A program made the translations under genes and the position numbers. Source: Cladosporium halotolerans (Eukaryota). Taken from it: a DNA stretch of 64,000 nt. This document shows, piece after piece, positions 58,434 through 64,000 of the stretch (within the stretch, counting starts at the first letter, position 1; every line of letters begins with the position of its first letter). Location of the stretch: positions 186,001-250,000 of the forward strand of contig NW_027191485.1 in NCBI RefSeq assembly GCF_011745625.1, written 5' to 3'. The notes below the pieces were generated by a model. It worked only from the letters and a program-made list of their open reading frames with translations. It made no database searches and was not told the DNA's origin.

Positions 58434-60379
58434 ATGCCTACCGGTGCCCAAATCATTGCTCAGGCGCTGCACGACCTCGGTGTTCAGGTCATCTTTGGCG
58501 TGCCTGGACTCCCTGTCACCGATATTGGACAGCAAGGTCTGAATCTCGGCATTCGATTCATCAGCTTTCGCAATGAACAGGCAGCTGCCTACGCCGCGAC
58601 GGCATATGGCTATCTCACTGGAAAGCCAGGCGTCTGCATTTCTGTGGGTGGACCGGGCGTCTTCCATGTAATGGCTGGTGTATGTTGGATCCTGACAAGC
58701 TTTCTTTACGGGTGTATCAGTAATGACGTTTAAAAGATCCCTCATGCCGCAGCCAATTCATGGCCACTCTTGGTGTTGAGCGGCGCCACCGAGACACACA
58801 ATGCCGGCAAGGACGCTTTCCAAGACGTCGACGCCATCTCACTCCTGACACCACATGCGAAACTGGCCGTCCGACCTCCGTCGGCAGACATGATCCCCAA
58901 ATTTATCAAGGATGCATACCGTGCTGCATACTTCGGCCGACCCGGGCCGGCATATGTTGACCTGCCCGCAAACTTGATCCTGGGGTCATACGACATTGGC
59001 AAGCCGAAGCTGTTACGCTTGACTGAAGCTCCAATATCGGTACCGCCGGAACGCAAATTGATCGATGTCGCAAACACAATCAGACTGGCTAGATCCCCCC
59101 TTGTTGTATTGGGCAAGGGAGCGGCATACGCGAGGGCTGAGGGTCCGATCAGGGCACTCATCGAGCGGTAAGTCTCACCCGGACTAGTGTGGACAAAGTA
59201 CATTTCTAACGGGAGCATTAGCACACATATTCCTTTCGTACCTACACCAATGGGCAAGGGAATCGTCGCCGACTCCAGCCCATACAATTACTCCGCCGCC
59301 CGATCCACAGCTTTGAAAGAAGCTGACGTCGTTCTCGTCCTGGGAGCCAAGCTGAATTGGATTTTATCATTCGGCCTTCCACCCAAATGGAACGCCAAAG
59401 CAAAGATCATTCAAGTAGACATATCCGCTGAAGAGCTGGGCAAGAACGGTGGAGACCCCACATTGAGTCTTCTGGGTGATGTTGGAGCTACCGTCGAGCA
59501 GCTTTTGTCCCATCTAGGCAATTGGCAATGGCAAGGCGAGAAAACCCAATTCCTGCGCAACCTTCAAGTCGCTCAGTCCAAGAACACTCAAAAGGCAGCC
59601 AAAAAGGCAGCCGTCGTGAAGTCACCCATGATGTTCGAACAAGCCTTTGACATCATCAAAAAGACACTGGATGGTCTTTCGAGCCCTTCGGACGGCGACA
59701 TCGTCTACGTGTCCGAAGGTGCGAACGCAATGGATATCTCCCGCTCGATCTTCACTATGGAACACCCCAGAATACGTCTGGATGCCGGTACATATGCCAC
59801 GATGGGCGTCGGTCTCGGCTATGCGGTCGCCGCGTATGCCGCATACAACTTTCCTCAACCAGAAGGATCCGCTGGCACACACAGCAAAAAGAAGATCGTG
59901 TGCATCGAAGGCGACAGCGCTTTCGGCTTCTCAGGCATGGAAGTTGAGACGATGGCGCGCTTCAATATGGACGTGCTGATCTTCGTCATGAACAACAACG
60001 GCTTGTACCGTGGCGACACCGATTCCGCTGAGACTTACCGTTCGAGGCGAGAGAACACTATCGCCGGCACGACGACCACTGGCAATGGTCTTACTGCGTG
60101 GTCACTCGGCTATCAGACAAACTACCACAAGATCGCTGAGATGGCGGGTGGTATCGGAATCGAAGCCCGCACGCCCGAGGAGCTGAAGAAAGCGACGGAA
60201 GCGGGCTTCAAGGCGAGGGTACCCGTGGTCGTGAATGTGATTATCAACTCGAATAGCGACCTCCCCATGGTATGTTGCTTTCGCTCAAGACGTAGTTTGA
60301 CGTACAAATTGCTGACTGTGAACAGGACTTCTCTTGGCTGGACATGATACCACCTGACCAGGCTAAGCCTAAGCTGTGA
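58434..60379 (+). CDS. TPP-dependent 2-hydroxyacyl-CoA lyase / oxalyl-CoA decarboxylase family, 4 exons, ends PKL
   Basis: [48 protein letters not shown]...NNNG (TPP motif). Confidence 0.9.
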
Positions 60380-60712
60380 TGCGGCATGTCGTAGATATAC
60401 CCACGTAATGAGTGTACATATCAGAACACTTCAGTATCGGAATCTCCCTATCAGCGATGTCAATCGTGACTACCTCGGCATCCGACAAGGAAGCCACATT
60501 CCCCTCACTCAAACCTGAATGTTGGACAATTTTGTGAGACGGCGGTCCAAGCAAGTTAGCACGACTGAGATCACTTAGAGGTATCATTGAGATTGTGTGA
60601 AATCGTAATATAAAGTAATCATAATTCTTGTGGATTCGGCTAATATTGACGGAATATAAGTGAACATGATAACTTGATGAACCAACTCCTTCGTCAACTA
60701 CCAATCAACCAA

Positions 60713-62638
60713 TTACAGACGGGCGTTCATGCTGCCAGCAGAGTGCTTGTTCTGAGCAATGATGAACTCAGCCGCCTTCTCAGCAATACCATAAGCAGGC
60801 ATTTGAGTGTGACCGCTCATGAGCAGCGGCATAATACTGCAGTCGACGACGCGTAGGCCCTTGACGCCACGAACATTGAGGTACTTGTCGACGACGGCCA
60901 TAGGGTCATCGTCCTGTCCGAGCTTGCAGGTTCCGCCAGGGTGGTATGAGGTCGAAGCGTACTTCTGCACGTGGTCGTGCCAATCCGCGTTGGTCTTGTT
61001 CTTGTGGTGCGTCGCACCAGGCGGCCAGGCGCCGGATATGACGTCTTTGGTGCCGAGACCCTCCATCACGACTTCGTTGCCGAAGCGCACGCCCTCGGAC
61101 AGCATGAGCAAATCGCGCTTGTCGGAGAGGTAGCGTGGGTCGGCGAATGGAGGCTCGAAGGGATCCTTGCTCTTGATGGTTACGTAGCCACGAGAGCGCT
61201 GACCGCAGAGGAAGACGCACATCGAGAGAGCGAACTGGCCGGGGCCCGGATTGTCAGTGTACTCACCAGGCCCACCGTAGCAGACGGTATTGAAAAACTC
61301 GCAGTTGGGCTGAGATTCAGTGAGGCCCATGGGGTCACGGCCAGGCTCACGCTCGAGGTTGCGCCACTCAGGCACCTCCTTGTCAAGGCGGTCGTTCAGG
61401 CGAGCGAAACCGAAAGCGCCGAACGGGAAGGTGGCGAGCCAGCCCGTCCTCTTCTCTTGCCACTCTTTGAGTCCATTTTCCCAAGCGTTCGGATCATGAT
61501 TGACACGAGGGTCGTCGGTAAGACCCGGTTTGTTGACCTCGTAATAGGTGAAAATGAGCTGGTGGTCCTGCAAATTCTTGCCGACACCAGGAAGGTCGAC
61601 CTGAACTGGAATACCCAGCTTCTCGAGATCCTCGCGAGGGCCAATTCCGGAGCGAAGGAGCATGGAGGGAGAGTTGTAGGTGCCGCCCGCAAGCAAGACT
61701 TCCTTCGAAGCTGACGCGGTGTATCTCTTGCCGCTGTTATCAAGGAACTCGACGCCGGTGGCGCGAAGGTCTCCGTTCGCGTCACGCTCAAGGACCACCT
61801 TGTCGACGGTCATATCGCACATAATGGTGACGTTCTTCCTTTCTTGGCTCTTGGTAACATAATCGGCAGCCGTTGTCCTGGATCCTTTGTATGTACTTCT
61901 CATGGCGTGGCCACAGCCGTTGGCTGTCTCGCCAGTGCTGAACATATCCGGCCTATATGGAAGGCCCTTGGACTGGAAAGACTCAAAGAAGCAGTCGGCG
62001 ATCGGGTAGACAGGCGCAGGCTCGATGCTAAGTGGGCCGTTGGTGCCATGAGCAGATGGGTCGTGAGGGAACCAATCTTGGGCGTGAAATGTCTCCGCCT
62101 GAAGTGAATAATGTCAGAATGTGTAACCACAAGCCTTGGCCAGCTACGCGTGAACGTACCTTCCTCATTGCGCGAAACATCTCCTCGCCACTCCACTCCG
62201 GGAAACCCCAGTCATCGTAGTCTTGCTTGACACCGCGAATGCAAATTGTGCCATTGGAACCACTGCTGCCACCTAGGAATCGCCCGCGCGGAAGTCGACA
62301 TTCCTTGCCCTTCAAACCGGGCTGAGGCGGGGAGACAATGTTCCAATCAAGAGGTCCGAAGTGGCACTTTGTCCAACTTTCCGCATGTCAGTACGAGGAA
62401 AACTGCTGGAGGTCAGAGTGATACGTACGCTCCGGGCATTTGGATGTTATCCACATTTGCGCTCGCAGAGCCTGCTTCGAGCAAAAGGATCGTCGCATTT
62501 GGATCCTCTGAAAGACGACCCGCAACCACAGGGCCGCAGGTTCCGCCACTATCGCGCAGGGTCAGTGTCTGAAGGCCATCGTTCACCTGCTTGATTTCCC
62601 TACCCAGCAATAATGTAGTCAAATGTCTTCGCCGCCAT
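60713..62638 (-). CDS. GMC oxidoreductase (choline/alcohol dehydrogenase-like), 4 exons, ends ARL
   Basis: FDYIIAGGGTCG (spliced), PRGRFLGGSSGSN, LLRSGIG, VGKNLQDH, YHPGGTC, LRVVDCS; no signal peptide. Confidence 0.92.
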
Positions 62639-63897
62639 CGTAGATATATGCCGTTTGCCGCAATGCCGTGAAATAGAAAAGTTCTAAGTCAACAGCTTGT
62701 CGGAAATGTAGTCCAGCTCTACAACGCCAGGGTCCTCCTCATGTGGCTTTCTACATATATCCGTCCAGATGTCGGGCCCAGCCCGAGAGCTCGATCCTCC
62801 AGACGCACACGCAGCTGCCCGAATCGAGAACTCCCGTGCCCAGCTGCTAGCTGTACTATGGCGTAATCGAGTCTCCCGTTTGTACGAGAGAGTCAGCGAT
62901 TGCTATGGCCGTAGCTTTCGTAAATCTACCCCTCTCGTGCATTGCGGTGCGGCGATCTGGACCAGAAATATGGCGATGAGTGATGCCAGTGGCTGGCGAC
63001 TGAGAGGTCATGGTTATTCCCGGTGGAGGTACCACTGCTTTACCCCAGATTTGCACGCGACATACCAGTTTCAGAGAATGGGTTGCAGACCTAGATTCGT
63101 GACAGGACGACGTCCGTTTAGAGTTCCTGCAATCCGGGGCCCCACTGCCGCAATGGCTGCAGATCCGTTAGTGAGCCTGTGACCAGAACATGGTCCCAGA
63201 CACCCGGTAATTCCCATCGACACGGGCGCCTAGAGGAGGGGAAACGCCAAAGAGGTCCAGAACATCGTGATTAGATAGCTCGGTCAATGCAGCCAAGCGA
63301 AGTGGCTGCCATGTGGAAACGTGGGAACAGCCACGACGTCGACAAGGGACAATAGGATTGCTGCCACACTGTCGCGGTTTAGTCGGTGAGTAGTGCCAAA
63401 GCTACTCCTCTTCCCTTGTGCGCATGTTTGCACACGGAAATCTTCGACCGATGATCGTATCAAGCTATCGAAAGCGAGGCGATCCAATTCCCGGAGCGGC
63501 TACACTTACCTCTGGGCAGGACTCAGGTCCGCCTTCGTAGCTGCATAACATCTCACTGCCTATTGTTCGATCGATCCAAGCACTCGGTGTCTCTCGCAAT
63601 CGGCCGTCGTTGCGCCATGCCGCACCGGGCATAAGATCATCGAGTGCGGACGCCGGCAGGGTCGCAATAAACCTACGTTTGCCCAGCCTTATCCAGCTCG
63701 TCGGAAAGGAGGTGTCCGGTCACGTTCATAGGTGTACGTGACTTGTCTTCAACAACAGTTAAATCATCGCGCAGATCTGCTTTTCCTTCTGCATCGAAAG
63801 GGTTGTCCAGAGGAGTTCCCCTCTTTCTACCGACTTCAAACATTTTTCCTTTTGTCTCTCCACCTCCATCTCCAACAGGCGCATTGGCGATTCAACC

Positions 63898-64000
63898 ATG
63901 GCCGACCATGACAACAAAGTAGATGCTTCGCATCTTGAGCATAGAGCGTCTTCGACCGACGCCGACCGCATTGAAGCGATCACGCACCAGCACCGCGTAG
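63898..64000 (+). CDS. 5' start of a gene running off the window (N-terminus resembles a fungal transporter)
   Basis: CAACCATGG Kozak context, open frame MADHDNKVDASHLEHRASS... to the window end. Confidence 0.35.
   Translation, partial: MADHDNKVDASHLEHRASSTDADRIEAITHQHRV

Overview
A gene-dense, intron-containing genomic window from a filamentous ascomycete (GT-AG introns with CTRAC branch points; gene content fits Pezizomycotina, possibly Dothideomycetes, by inference only). The left part holds mostly conserved genes: DUF4267, SPC2, EMC3, Ars2/SERRATE, TspO, questin-oxidase-like, SUR7/PalI, the AspRS-DUF2156 fusion ErdS, a Zn2Cys6 factor, SNM1/PSO2, a gamma-butyrobetaine-dioxygenase-like gene and TPC1. 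The right part is accessory: HET-domain and SLATT 2TM genes, an MFS/6PGDH/Zn2Cys6/AKR cluster, a TauD+MFS pair, GT32, and a probably peroxisomal cluster (degenerate thiolase, acyl-CoA ligase, 2-hydroxyacyl-CoA lyase, GMC oxidoreductase). The most striking observation is a complete tRNA-Ser(GCU) gene on the minus strand (21475-21610) interrupted in its D-stem/A-box by a 55-nt intron with spliceosomal signals (GTAAGC...CACTAAC...CAG) rather than a tRNA-type intron. Also notable are a nested [D1,2] stwintron in the TspO gene and two unrelated ~87-bp periodic arrays in divergent promoters. All family calls come from motif recognition by eye; no database searches were run.
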